Of a stretch of DNA of 64,000 nucleotides, positions 28,501-42,400 are shown one piece after another. Every line of letters begins with the position of its first letter. Position 1 is the stretch's first letter. The notes beneath the pieces are model-generated. The model ran no database searches. It was given only the letters and a program-made list of their open reading frames with translations, and was not told where the DNA came from. Source of the stretch: Phoronis australis (taxonomy: Eukaryota; Animalia; Phoronida); assembly GCA_002633005.1 (NCBI GenBank), contig NMRA01000633.1:79939-143938 (forward strand), in the 5' to 3' direction. The translations under genes and the position numbers were made by a program.

Positions 28501-31500
28501 TGTTTCAATCTGGAAATATTTACATGTGCTAAGTGACATTAAACTTATTTTTAAATCGATTGGTTATTATTAGAGCAAAATATAAGCAGCTCTTAGTAAC
28601 GGCACTAACTTGTAACTGTTGATGATAACAGTGGCACCTGGCGATAACTTCGATTGGACCGGAGTTAAGCGTTCATACTGACCGCAACTCCCCAAACCAT
28701 CGACGCGTCGACGTTAGTATGAAAGGCCCTTAAGACTGGTGGAATCAGACATGTACAATCATATACGTAAACGTTCAGGTTAATGCCCATGCTAAGTTAA
28801 CCGCTCACCCCCTACTTTAGGTGGATTTTCGATTTAACTGCCCACTGCTCGGTTAACCATATGCGATTTTTGAAGATTTCCAGTTAAGTGCCCACCTCTC
28901 GGTAAAGCACCCATCACAGACTTTTAAGGATTGAAGATTAAGCGTCCAGTGCTACGCAAACGCGCGATTCCCCGACTTTTAGATCGATGATCACAACTAG
29001 AATGCAACGATGGCCTCCGAGTCGGCGGTTTGGCAATGTGAATTATAATACAAGTAACAAATTCTTGTCTCGGGTCATGGATTTACTTCAAAATATAACA
29101 CTTGAACGTTTTGTCACTTTATTTTCTTCCCATGTTCGCAAAGTTTAAGAACCCCGCCGGCTTCAATGCCTCTGCTTTTAGCGATGCAGTCTGCCGCACT
29201 GAGTTTCAGTCTGCATTGCACTAAATAAAACATATATTCGAAAAAAAATTGGGCCAGAGAAATGTGACAGTGGTTTTGCCAACCCTTCCAATTCGCTTTT
29301 GGTAGGAAGCTCTCGTATTTTGAAGAATTTCCATAACTCACGGAAAGATGTCAAATTCTCCCTATTTTGATGATTGTAATTGCCAGGTTGTCGAGGATGT
29401 GTAGCGACCGAATGAACAGTGTACTTCGCTGGCCGATTTGCTGTCTCTCGATTTCTGAATTCAAAGGTTGGCAATACGTTACTGAATGTTTGTGTATCAT
29501 CTTGAAGAAATAAAAAACTGCGAGTCAAATTTTGTTTTTCGTTAGCAGATTCCGCCAAAGTCGCTGGCGGTTCTTTATAGTACGATTTCTTGCGACAGGC
29601 GTAACTGTGAATTATCATATCCATCTAGCCTTTTATCTTCAGAAAAATTTTTGTTTCTACATTGGGCAGTTTCAGCCTGAACTAAATTCTTACCATTCCC
29701 ATTCGAGTGTGAGACATCTGCGACGTAACTGATTGAAAATTGGCAGCAGTGGTAATGACGTGCACGCAGCTAGCTACGGGCATGGAACATCGGGTCCGGG
29801 GATCATCGAGCCGGGAAATACTGGAAAAGACTTGACATCGCAGTTTTGGGTCATTGGAACGGAGGAATATCGTAAAACACTGGGTTTTTTGTAACAACAG
29901 CTTAAAAGTACAGTCGTGCCGGTGTACTCCTTTACGTAGGGCTGTCGCTGTTCTCTTTTGATGTGCGATCACTGAAGTGGTGCACGCGTGTAAGTTCCCA
30001 CACTCTGGAATGCATGTTACCTTGACAACAACATAGGTGATTGACAGGTGACTCATACGAAAGCGCAAGCTGAATCCAGCCGCTGTCTTTTGTCACATAA
30101 AGCAAGACCCATATTGAAAGAGGCTGTTAAATTACTTGACAGCATTTCCGAGTCTAGTGTCGGAATATTGCGCGCAAACAACGGGACCGACCAGTGCCGC
30201 AGTGCGATATTGCCGTAGGTGATATTATATTTAGGATAATCTATACATATTGCGTGTAAAATGTGTTTTCCGAGATGCTTTTTGTTTGCCAGGAAGGCCT
30301 ATCTATTTTACCCTCAAAAAACGGCTCACGTAGGTTGGAAATTCCTAGTGGCAGGTACAAGACGTCTATAATCTGGGCTCGCATTTCCAAATTTCAGGTC
30401 GCCAATGCTCATGTCCGCTTACCCCCCCGATTCTCATCTTCTTTGCATGGCATGTTTCACGCAATTGGAAGTGGGCAACGCCAGGCGGTCGAGATAAAAC
30501 AGCTAGCCGCAGAACCATATGTTGAAAATGAGTCACGGAGTCTTATCTAATCTAATTCTAATCTCCAACATAAACATCCCAAACACAAAAAACACCCGAG
30601 TTTGTTTTTCAAATTTTTATTACATCATTAATTTTAAAACTGGTCTTTAGGCCCTTTCATATTGACTTAACTCCGGTCTGAGCGGAGCGTCGACATAAAC
30701 AGCGCAGTTAACTGGACCGTTCATACTGGCTTCGGTAGTTAATGACCATCGAAGAAAAGGGTTGGTGACGCTGACGTCATCGAAGTTATCGCAAGGTAGC
30801 GCTGCACGCTAAGATTTTTTTCAATGTGACAATTTGGAACATTTAAATGTGCTAAATGACAGTAAACTCATTTTTAAATCGATTGTTTATCATTAAAGCA
30901 AACAATAAGTAGTTATTAGTGACGACACTACTCTGTAACTGTTGACGATAACAGTGGCACCTGGCGATAACTTCGATTGGACCGGAGTTAAGCGTTTATA
31001 CTGCACCGCAGCGTCGACGCTGCGGTCTTAAATCCACCTATTAACTGCGATGTTAACTGGAGCTCTTAACTGCGATCCAGGACCGGAGTTAAGCGTTCAT
31101 ACTGACCGCAACTCCCCAAACCATCGACGCGTCGACGTTAGTATGAAAGGCCCTTTTGACTTGGAACTTGACAGCTAGCACAATAAATTTGATGTCTGCT
31201 GTGACATCTGCAACACCTGAAGCTCGAACGCACGCACTTCTAAAGTGTCATCGCGTGAGAATAGTTGCAATACAAGTTATTGCTCAGGGCTTGGAATGAC
31301 CAATGACAAAAAACGCGGAAACTTTGAAACTTTTACGGCCCAAATCATGCCCGATAAAAAATCTGGAAATGGTCAATGTGAACCTTTCCCCGACAAAAAT
31401 CGGGAGGACTAAAAAAAAAAAAAAACGTTACCACCATCAGTAGTATGCGTCTGCGTCCTTTTAGCTCGCCCGTCCACTCCCAAATCACACATTTTTGGCT

Positions 31501-34500
31501 GCAAGGCTGTAGTATTTGTCGCCGCGCTTAACAATAACACAAGACGCCATTGAAAATCCCACTACGCTGTCCCAGATGCCCCGGCAATGTTGACAATTTA
31601 CGTTCCTCCAAAACATAAAGAGCAACTTCCGCTTTTCAAGGTGAACGTCGTCTGCACCCCTGATTCTTTGGGTTTGTCAATCTAACTGCCCAGGGCATTA
31701 ACCCGAATGTTTACCGTTTATATACGTATATATACAATAAAACCGTCACTAGAGTTCATGGTAAAACAAATGGTAGAGTAATCTCACCACTAACTTTTAC
31801 CAAATTATTATGACATAGACTAGCTTCAAACAGAAGCATGTCAGACTGAGAATTACACAATGTTGCAGATATTATACAAGACAGAAAGTTCATGATGGAG
31901 ACAGCTTATCTCTGAACTTTCCTTGTGTTAGAGAATGAGGAAGATTGACACAGCAAGAAGAACAATGGCTAACACTACACTTCAATAACATTAACTTCCT
32001 TGTCTATTTTAAAGCTGATTTTCATCCCAATCAGCTGACTAAAAACCATTATCAAAGTAGACCTTTTACTCTCATAAAATCGGTCTCAACTCCTGGCACA
32101 AGAAATAGAATCTTATCATAATATGAAATATTCCAAGAACGACTTTACATAACTATATAAACAGTCGAATTCCATTCAACGAAACGAAACGGGGCAAATC
32201 ACAGCATTAAATTTATCCACATCGGAGTGGAGTAAGATATACGTCACATTCATTGGCATGTAAAACTGCACAATGACCACCTTACAAAGTAATCACTCTC
32301 TAACATAATCCCCACAATCATACACAGTTCCTCAGAACCCATATCAGTCCTAGATGCTACAATCTACCAGTGCATCTGATGATAATCCGTTACTACCATT
32401 CATAGCCAGCTTGTAACCTTGCTATAGATTTGGCCAGAGAGAGACAGAGACATACACAACTTGGAAATAGCCAAGTATTGATCTGAAGCCAAACGTGGCT
32501 ACTTTGAATGACTACAAACTATCGATACATGCGACCAAACTGTATTAAATAGGATGGAAATAGAATTTTCATTGCATTCCCAAGGGAAGCAATGTACTAA
32601 GCCCATCAGGGTTGGAGGGGTAACCTGTAGCTACTATACATAGCATTTGACAGAGTGGATCCCACTGTGGGACACCTAAAAAGTTTTGTAAACTCCACCA
32701 TACAGACTTTGTACAAGGAATGCACTACAAACAAACAATAACATGTCTATAACGTTCTCATTAATACATATCTGAAAATCCGTTAAGGACTTTTGAAGAT
32801 ACAAAGGTAAGCGTAAAAAACTAAAATTGCCACTAGGGGGCACACCAGTAGTCAGATCCGTTCAAAAGTTCGCTCGTGCCGTGCCATTCATGAATGGAAC
32901 ATATGTGCCAAATTTCATAAACGTAAGGGTTTTGGAGATAAAGCATATACATATACATATACATATACCATTTACAGATTTTTATCCCAAAGGAAGAATT
33001 TCAATATTGACAGCAAGCAGTGTACCCTGAATCTTTACATGGCCAGAAAGTATCAATAGTACAGAGACATGGGTCTATTTCCATCACTGAATCAATGAAT
33101 CAGTCTTGTTACATCAGTCAACCAGGCAAAGCACTGGTCCCTGTTGCAGTTCAATTATTGGGAATAAGCAATTGCTTATCATGTTACACACTAACCAAAA
33201 TTTCAAAACGTTTTCATCAATGATGGCAAAATAACTGTTCTCTAACTTGACAGCTCACTAATGTGAGCAATATTAGGTAGAGTCACAATATGAACCCAGC
33301 CACATGTGACTCAACATCACTCAATGTTTGTCATTTTCCAATTGCTTAAATGCCTCTTACTCCAACACAACTGCCAGTCACTCACAACTGTTACAAACAG
33401 CACTGTGTTTGCCTTCTGCCTCTTGCATGTTAACTGGCCATACTTCATGTTAATCCAAATCAGTAATTCAGCTTAACGCTCAAAACTTTTGAAAAAAGTC
33501 ACTTTTAGATCTTGNACGTTTTAAGCGTAAAATTCACCATAAGAACTCCAGTAAGTTTTAGCGTGTGTAGCAAAGACTCGGGGCAAAACAAGAGCAATAT
33601 GGCGGGTTTTGCCCCTTTTCCGGTGACGTCACAGTGACTAGCGAGAAACTCGCAAGTGAGCTATTGCTTAAATGCCTCTTACTCCAACACAACTGCCAGT
33701 CACTCACAACTGTTACAAACAGCACTGTGTTTGCCTTCTGCCTCTTGCATGTTAACTGGCCATACTTCATGTTAATCCAAATCAGTAATTCAGCTTAACG
33801 CTCAAAACTTTTGAAAAAAGTCACTTTTAGATCTTGGCTATGGGTTCGGCCATTCAAGACATACAACCAAGAGTAATGTCATTTAGAATACAGTGTCATT
33901 TCACGACCATTAATACTGTCTCTGATAGTACATCTTAAAACAGTCAAGTTATCCCTCTCTTCACATATATGACATTAAAGCAACCAACTAAAGTAAGAAA
34001 CTATAATACTGTACATAGCCTTTCAACTGGTCACACTCTATTATCATACAGCACAGACACTCAGCATGAGGCTAGATATAAAATACACTCCAGTCCATAC
34101 CATCATAAAGCCACCTAAGGTTCACAACACACACAGAGGTCATCAATCAGCTCTTTAATGGTATGAAATTGCTCACATTCCAGCACAGCTCAGACAACAT
34201 GACCAGCTGATCAGTGGTCAAACTGGTACGACCAAAACAGTGTCTCCTTGTCTTGTGAATAACACTAACAACACACCAGGAATATAAAACATAGACAACA
34301 ATGAGGCATGACATTCCAGTAATACTTACTAATGGTCTAGGCCTGTAAAACTAGTGAATGAGAGACAGCTAGCCTACACTAGTGATCCCCTTGACTAATG
34401 CCAGCCAACTAATGTCAGGAGACATCTGGTGCATGCCTAGTGAATTGTGATGTTTGTATAGAGATAAATCAGATTATTGCCTGCTGCTTCCTCTATGATA

Positions 34501-37500
34501 GCTGTACACCATCAAGTCCAACCAGAGAGCATGCTTGCCCAATTAACAACCACTGCCATCTGACTGGCACAATACTCATGACTTTCTTATCATTGATGTG
34601 AAATACCAAGTGACATATATTACATAATTCTATAAAGGCAAGTTGAGACAGAACAACACCAGCTATGTAATCATCATCTGCAACTTAATGTAGACATGTT
34701 GATGTGAACGGAAAGCTCTCACACTGTATATGTGAAGGGAAGGCTCTCACACTGTCTATGTGGGAATAGTGTCCACTAAGTATCCCATAAACGTTCAGGT
34801 TAACGCCCCTGTTCACTTAACCGCCCATCCCCTACTTTAGGTGGATTTTGATTTAACCGCCCACTGTTCGGTTAACCGCCCCACTGCGATTTTTGAAGAT
34901 TTCCAGTTAAGCACCCATCCCCGACTTTTTAACATTGAAGATTTAGCGCCCAGTGTTAGGAAACACGAGATTCCGACTTTTAAACACAGACGATGATCAC
35001 AACGAGCGCAATGATACTGGGCCTCCAGGACAACAGTTTGGCAATGTGAATTACAATACAAGTAACGAATTATTGTCCTAGGTCATGGACTTACTTCAAA
35101 ATATAATACTTGAATGTTTTTGTCATTTTATTTTCTTCCCATGTTTGCAAAGTTTAAGAACCACGCCAGTGTCAATACCTCCGCTTTCAGCAATGCTGTC
35201 TTCTGCGCTGAGTTTCCGTCTGCAGTACACTAGATAAAACATATATTCGAAATAATCGGGCCACAGAAATGTGACAATGGTTTTGCCAACCCTCCAAATT
35301 CTCTTTAGGTGGGAAGTTCTCGTATTTTGAAGAATTAATTCCCAAAACTCACAGAAAGCCGTCAAATTCTCCCTATTTTGATGAATGTTGTTGCCAGGTC
35401 ATTGAGGATGTGGGGCGACCAAAGGGACAGTGTGCCTCACTAGGTTACCGATTTGCTGCCTCTCGATTTCTGCGTGAGTTCAAAGGTTGGCAATGCGTTA
35501 CTGTATGTTTATGTATCATCTTGAAGTAATAAAAAACTTCTAGTCAAATTTTGTTTTTCGCTTATTGCATCTCAGTCAAACTGGCGTTAGCAGATGTAAC
35601 TAATGTTGCTGGCTGTTCTTTACTACGATTTCTTGCGTCAACCCCCGCCCGACTATGTGTGTGAATTGTCGCTTCCATATTCCTTTTTTAGCCATCCAGA
35701 ATAATTTTGTTTCTACATTGGCCAGTTTCAGCCTGAACAAAATTCTTACCATTCGAGCCTGAAATATCTACGATGCAGACTGACTGAAAATTGGCGATAG
35801 TTGGTTGGGCATAGCTACCGGCATGACACACTCGGGCCTAGGGAATATCGAGCTGGAAAATATCGAAGTAGATTTGACATCACAGTTTTGGGAGACATTG
35901 GAAAGGAAGAATATTGTCTTTCCTAACAACAGCTTAAAAACACAGCGTCACGCCGGTTTCTTTTACTTAGGACTGTCGCTGTTCTCTTTTGTATGTAACT
36001 TTGTAGTGGTGCACGTGCGTAAGTTCCCACACTGAGTGCATGTTACCTTGACACCAACACGTGATTGACAGGTTACTCATTCGTAGGTCCTGCGTGTGTG
36101 CTGAATCCCACCGCTATCTTTGGCCATTAAAAACGAGACACATATTGAAAGAAGCCTTTGTATTACTTGATGGTCTTTCCAAGTCAAGATTGCCTGCCGG
36201 GACATTGCGTGCAAACAGCGGGACCGACCAGTGACGCAATGCAATAGTGTAGATGACATTATAATGGGATATAATCTGGACATCTTGCATATAAAATACA
36301 TTGTGTTTTCCACCACAAAGTTGGGTAAGGTGGTCGTTTTCGAAACATTGCCGTTTTGTGAGGTTTCATCACATATTTATGCCGTGGTTCGAACTTTTCT
36401 TCTTGATTGACTGGCTCATGTCCGCTTATACCCCCCCTTCTTACTTCTTTGCCGAGCATGTGTCACGTAACGGGTAGTGAAAATGTTATAGTGTTATTGA
36501 ATCACAAAGTGTCGACTATAAACATCTCAAACACACAAAAACACCTGAATTAGTTTTTCAAACTTTATTACAACTAATTTTAAAACTGCTTCTGTCCCAG
36601 AACTCGAAAGCTAAAACAGGACTGTAACCTTGATGTCAGCTGTGACCTCTGTAACACGTGAAGCTTGCATGCGTGCACTTTTGCAGTGTCACTGCTTGCA
36701 ATCCAAGTGGAGCACTGCAAGGTCACTGGTCGTCTTCGCACTACAGTTCTAACAAACTAACAAGACCGCAGGATGGCACGGGTCTATTATTCAGCAATTT
36801 TTAAATTTAATTGTGAATTACTAATCTGATGGCAACAGAACCTTTGTTGGGATCATCCGCTGTTATGAAGTTCTTACCGTCATTTGGCGACGCGACGATA
36901 AAGCTCTTTGAAAAGTGCTATCCGTTCCGAGTACGTGTGTCGTGTGGGGACTTAGATCACGAGGTAAGATTAACCACCCAGGGCGGTTGTCTATCGTAAT
37001 AAGCGCCCATGTTCGGTTAACCGCCCACCCTGGATTTCTTGAAATTTCACGTTTAAGCGCCCATGTCTGGTAAACCGCCTACCCCCCGATTCTTTGGGTC
37101 TGCCAATTTAACTGCCCAGGGTGTTAACTCGAAATGAAAGGTTATTTTTTGATGGAAGGCAGGTTTATAGATACTTTTTGTTATCCGTACGACAAACCGT
37201 TAGCACATACCCGGTAAATGCAAATATTGCAATGTTTTTTTTTTTAATTTTGACTGTATGAATTGTCATGTGAGCATCAAAAGTGCTCAAAATTCCAAAC
37301 CACAAAACACTATGTGCATGGTGCTCAAGTGATTACACCAAGAGACCACAGGCTTCACAGCCATCATGGGAACAATTTGAATTGATGTGAAACCTAAGGA
37401 TAAGTACCATAAGTGCTAGCAAAGTACCATAACAGCTGGAGACCAGGGCCCGGTCTCCAATCTTTTTACTCAAAATGGAACTCGAAATTAGGTTTGGCAT

Positions 37501-39407
37501 TTTCTACTCTACTTTTGGGCAAAATTAAGATAAGTGTAGATAATTTATTGCCCTTAGTTCACAGTTTGTAAACCCAATATTAAAGCAATAAGTTCGAGTT
37601 TGAACTCAAAATTTCGAGTTTTTACTAGAGTCTGTAGCACGAATATAAGGGTCTTTAAGGGCAAACTTGAACTAGAAACTCCTATGCATAAACTATAATG
37701 TATTCGAGCACAGTCTGATAACAATCATCTTAAGTTCGCACAAAAGGAGCAGAGAAATTGCCAAAAATAGTTTCGAGTTCGTTTCGAGTACAAAGATTAG
37801 AGACCGGGCCCAGGTCTCCATCTTTAACAATAGGCCTTTTGCGAGTTTATAAAAATAACGCGAGATTATGTGAGACTTAACTGTGACGCCACGGTAAGTG
37901 GGGCAAAAGCTTGTCGTTTGGTCATTTGCCCAATACGGTAGCAGAGTGTATTCTGTTGACTTCGAGTTTTTAGCCGTTTAGTTCGAAAAATGTCCAAAAA
38001 GCATTGCTGTTATGGCAAATGAACTTCAGATTCGCACTACAATACGTTCTATCGCGTTCTGTACTAATTTCGTCCCGTGTATTTTAAACGGGCGGTAGGC
38101 GAAATCCGCTCACTGATAAAGTTTTCACCTTGTCAAAATACATTCTACACCTAAAAGGCTCTTACTTTCTTCAGTGACTCTTTCTGCTTCTAAACATATC
38201 TTCGATGAAGCATATATACGGGAATTCAGGTGACTTTGGCGAAGAATTCCAACTCCACTTTGTGGTTACTGTTAACTTTGTCCGCGCGCGCGGTAACCAC
38301 AATAAAGTATTTCAACTGAGTCAGGTGAGTGAGGCAAAGGCTAGCGCGAGACTGAGCGAAGCGCGAGATCTGGCGCGTGACCTGGCGCGTGACACTTGCA
38401 AAATAGCATGAGAAAATATCAAGTGAAATTTTTAAGATTTGTGTCCGTTGGACTTTTTGTTCGTCAACAGGCGTGATTTCACGTAACTTCCTCAAAATGG
38501 CGGCTAGTGAGAGAAACTCGAGAGAACCGAGAGGTTTTCATGAATATGCTCAAGTTATTTTTAGACTTAATTGTGTCCAGAGTCAGGGTACGTGTTAATT
38601 ATAACTTCATGTGCACATATGCATGTTTCATTTGATTTTATTTGCTGTATTTTGAAGTGAATATCTTTTTATGGGATACACTATCGCCCCTGTATGCCTG
38701 CGGCATTCAGGCCTAGAGCGGGTTAAGTTCCAATTTCAGTCCGTTCACAGCTTCGCACAATATAACAAGTTCACATTTTCTTCGTCCATTCACAGTTATT
38801 CCACGACCCATCTACCATGTCTTAAGTTGTTTTAACGTTTTAAGCGTAAAATTCACCATAAGAACTCCAGTAAGTTTTAGCGTGTGTAGCAAAGACTCGG
38901 GGCAAAACAAGAGCAATATGGCGGGTTTTGCCCCCTTTCCGGTGACGTCACAGTGACTAACGAGAAACTCGCAAGTGAGCTATTGAAATTACCTTCTCTT
39001 ATTATGTTAAATAAATAGCTCAAGAATCACATACTGTCTAAAGGCCTCAGTAAGGTGTCAGAACACAACTCACCCAAGGACACAGATGGCATTTTGAATG
39101 AGAAAAGGGGGACTTATGAAATACAACAATACAACCTGTAATAGCATTTTTTGACAAGGCATAGCCCAACTAGCAGTACCTAGTTCATTGTAGGTGTACA
39201 AAACCAAGACCATCAGCTGCTGGTGAATTCCACAGGGATCCTCTAGGCAGTATCTGATCTAAAAACAACACAAACCTTAACAAAGGAATGTATCAATGGG
39301 TAGGATGCTGTGCAAAGATTGACTAAATATTTATTTATTGATAGCTTGCCTTTGATTTTCTTTATATATGTGTTGTAGTTGATAACCAGTCTACAGTTAT
39401 AATCAAG

Positions 39408-39460
<53 letters not shown>

Positions 39461-42400
39461 NCACACACAGACACACACAGACACAGACACACACACACAG
39501 ACACACACACAGACACACAGACACACACACAGACACACAGACACACACACACACACAGACTCACACACACAGACACACACACACACAGAGGATTGGTAAG
39601 ACTTTTCACTACTCAATGGCCTAGGGTCCCCATGAGAAAAACATTGTCACACATTTTAAACATTTCCAAGCATATTTTCTTGTATTGCACAGTACAATTT
39701 GATAACAGCTGCATTTGTGACAACTTGAGAAATTGCACTTGAACTAAGCCCTTTCCCAACCCAATAAAATTTTCACCTTCTTTCAAGTATCAAATGCATA
39801 AATTAAGCTAAGCTAGCACATAAACTACATGAAACACCATCAGATAAGCAACACTGAGAGTGGCCCTATAACAGGGGCAAGTAACACGTTTCTCAATCAA
39901 TCTCTTCTCCAGCTCGCTCTACTTACCATATTAGTCCCTATCAACATCCCCCTTTAGCCAATCACACACCTCGTAATGTTCCCTTGATGCACCTACATAT
40001 GCCCACCTTCAACTACATACACATAATTGAACTTGCTAATGTTTTTGTAAATGCACTTCTATGAAGAATTTCACCTCCATTAGAAAAGCAATTTGCTAAC
40101 CTCAAGGTGAGTTTAAGGATATGGAAGAACTTAACTTTAATATTTCTTTTCTTTTCAATACTGAATACCTATGTGGAGAACTCTTTCATCTTTAATCCTA
40201 GTTATCTTTAAAATCAACATCATACCTGATTATGGTAGAAAATAGTTTACTGCTCTTCTGAGGTTAAAGGTAACAGGGCTGTAGCTCAATTTGAATCTCC
40301 TGCCAGGCATAGAGCAGTTCCTATGTACTCTCAGTCCTTTCATTCACACAGTTTCCATAAAAGAGTTAACAAGGTGTACATAGGATAGAAAGATGCCTAA
40401 GAAAAGGATAAAAAGGCTGTAGTTTTGATTGTGAGAGAGTTGTGCGTCTGCATGCATACGACCGTTGAGAATGACTGCATCGAATCAAAGTAGCTGAACC
40501 GCCTCTGTGACTTTGTGTTCATAATCACAGTAAGTTGTTAAAAAAGATAAATCAAAATTCATTCATTTCATCAGTAATTTGACATTTTGCTGCTTCGATC
40601 TCCTGCCCACAGTGCACTTTTATCACTAACTGAATTTCTGTTGTCCATTTCTTACTTGGCTTATTGGTATCATTCTAATACAATAACAATAATAATGATA
40701 AAAATAATAATAATGGCACATACATATAAAACATATTTTTATAATCCCTGATCCTTTTTCTTAAAGAAAATATATACTTTAACGAGTTGACAACTTCACA
40801 AAGCCTGGTATTTGATATATGAGTTAGAATGGAGTCCCAGTAGCACACATTTTTAACACTTTTAAAATGGTTCGAAGAAATCATAAGGAATCACGTAGTA
40901 CCTATCCCATAACCAATACACAATCCGTAGTCAAAGAAAGTTTAAATAAACACGCCACTCACGATACTGACCCAAAGAATACACCGCCATTTTGAACTAA
41001 CCGCGAAACCGGAAGTACAATTCGTTCAGGAACCCAGGCTTAAGAACACTGCCTCTGTGACTGGAGCAGTGTCTGTTACCAGCCTGCAACTAGGGATAAC
41101 ATAAACGACAGCAGACCTTAACTTTAACAAAACCAAAATAGGGACAATATGTACTGAAACTCTTGACAACATGTAGTAAAATAAATTTTGCGTGAAATTA
41201 TTTTGCCGGACTCGGACGTGCAGCCAATGACCCAGTGTGAACCGATTGAGACCACTGCGCTGGTGAAAGACGAAGGTATGCCATCCCCGGCTGTTTTATC
41301 TGAATAAATGGTTCAAATCATAAATGCCATATACATACAAAGATAGTTTCAGACACTTGCATAAAATTATGGCTAGTCAACAACTCTGTGTCAACGATTG
41401 AATAACAAGGCCTACTATGGCAGGCTAGGCTTAGGGTGTTTTACTGAGTGTAATTAACTCTGGTAAGCAAACAGCATAAACAGAACAATGAACTTGCAAC
41501 ATCACAACAATTGAATAAAATTGCTATACAGTTAGAACATTCTGACGATTAAACTTTCAAAAATATCGAAAATAAATTTTGACGGAAGATACCGGCGACT
41601 TCCGTTAACAGCCGAGAGGCTGACTGCCAACAAATAACAATGGACATAATGCCATTTGGTAGCGAAACAAATTCAGGAAGAAAACTTGCCATTGTGTCAA
41701 ATGGTACTAATGAGTTTAAAGTAAAAGGAATAATTCACACTTAGCCAGAAACATTCCTATAAGCTGCTACCCAGGGGGGGGGGAGTGGGGCAGACCGCCA
41801 GGCCTGCCTTGCGCAGACATCTGTGCTCCAGGGGCAACATGAACACATTAATTAGCTACCCTGGCCTTGAATGAGTGAAATTCCTGTGACAAAGAGGTTA
41901 AAAATAATGCATTATGCTCTTAAAACTGCAATATTTTCCCATCGCCGACTTTCAGCTTATTGACTGAAATTCACTACACTCCTTCCCCGTTTGCGCCGCG
42001 GAATTTTTAAATTTAGACAGCAATTTTTGTCAGGTTTTAAAATATATTTTACCTAATAATTGAAAAACAAAGCCAACTTAGCAACTCAATATTATCCCAG
42101 CGAAGGATCATGACAACTGGAGTGATTTGCTTCGTTGGTTATTGTGTCCGGTCAGCCAAATCAAGTACAGGTTATTGCAACTGAATTGTGATGTTCACTG
42201 TTTTGAAATAAAACTTGTTTTTATTTGTCGAAACATCGCCATGTAGGGATTTTTTTTTATCTTACAAATTTAATGGCCAGTAAAGCCGGTGCCGATTTGC
42301 TGCCAAGTACGCACTGCACTCACACGGCCGGTTAGTCACAAAGCAATTGCTCACTTCAGACCACAGTGAGACTGGTACTTTGCATCAGTTTCACAATAAG

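Noticed and set aside
31285-31655. cagggctt-starting segment replacing part of Tc2-like copy 1
   Set aside because: Possibly a hAT fragment, but no matching right TIR or TSD was found.
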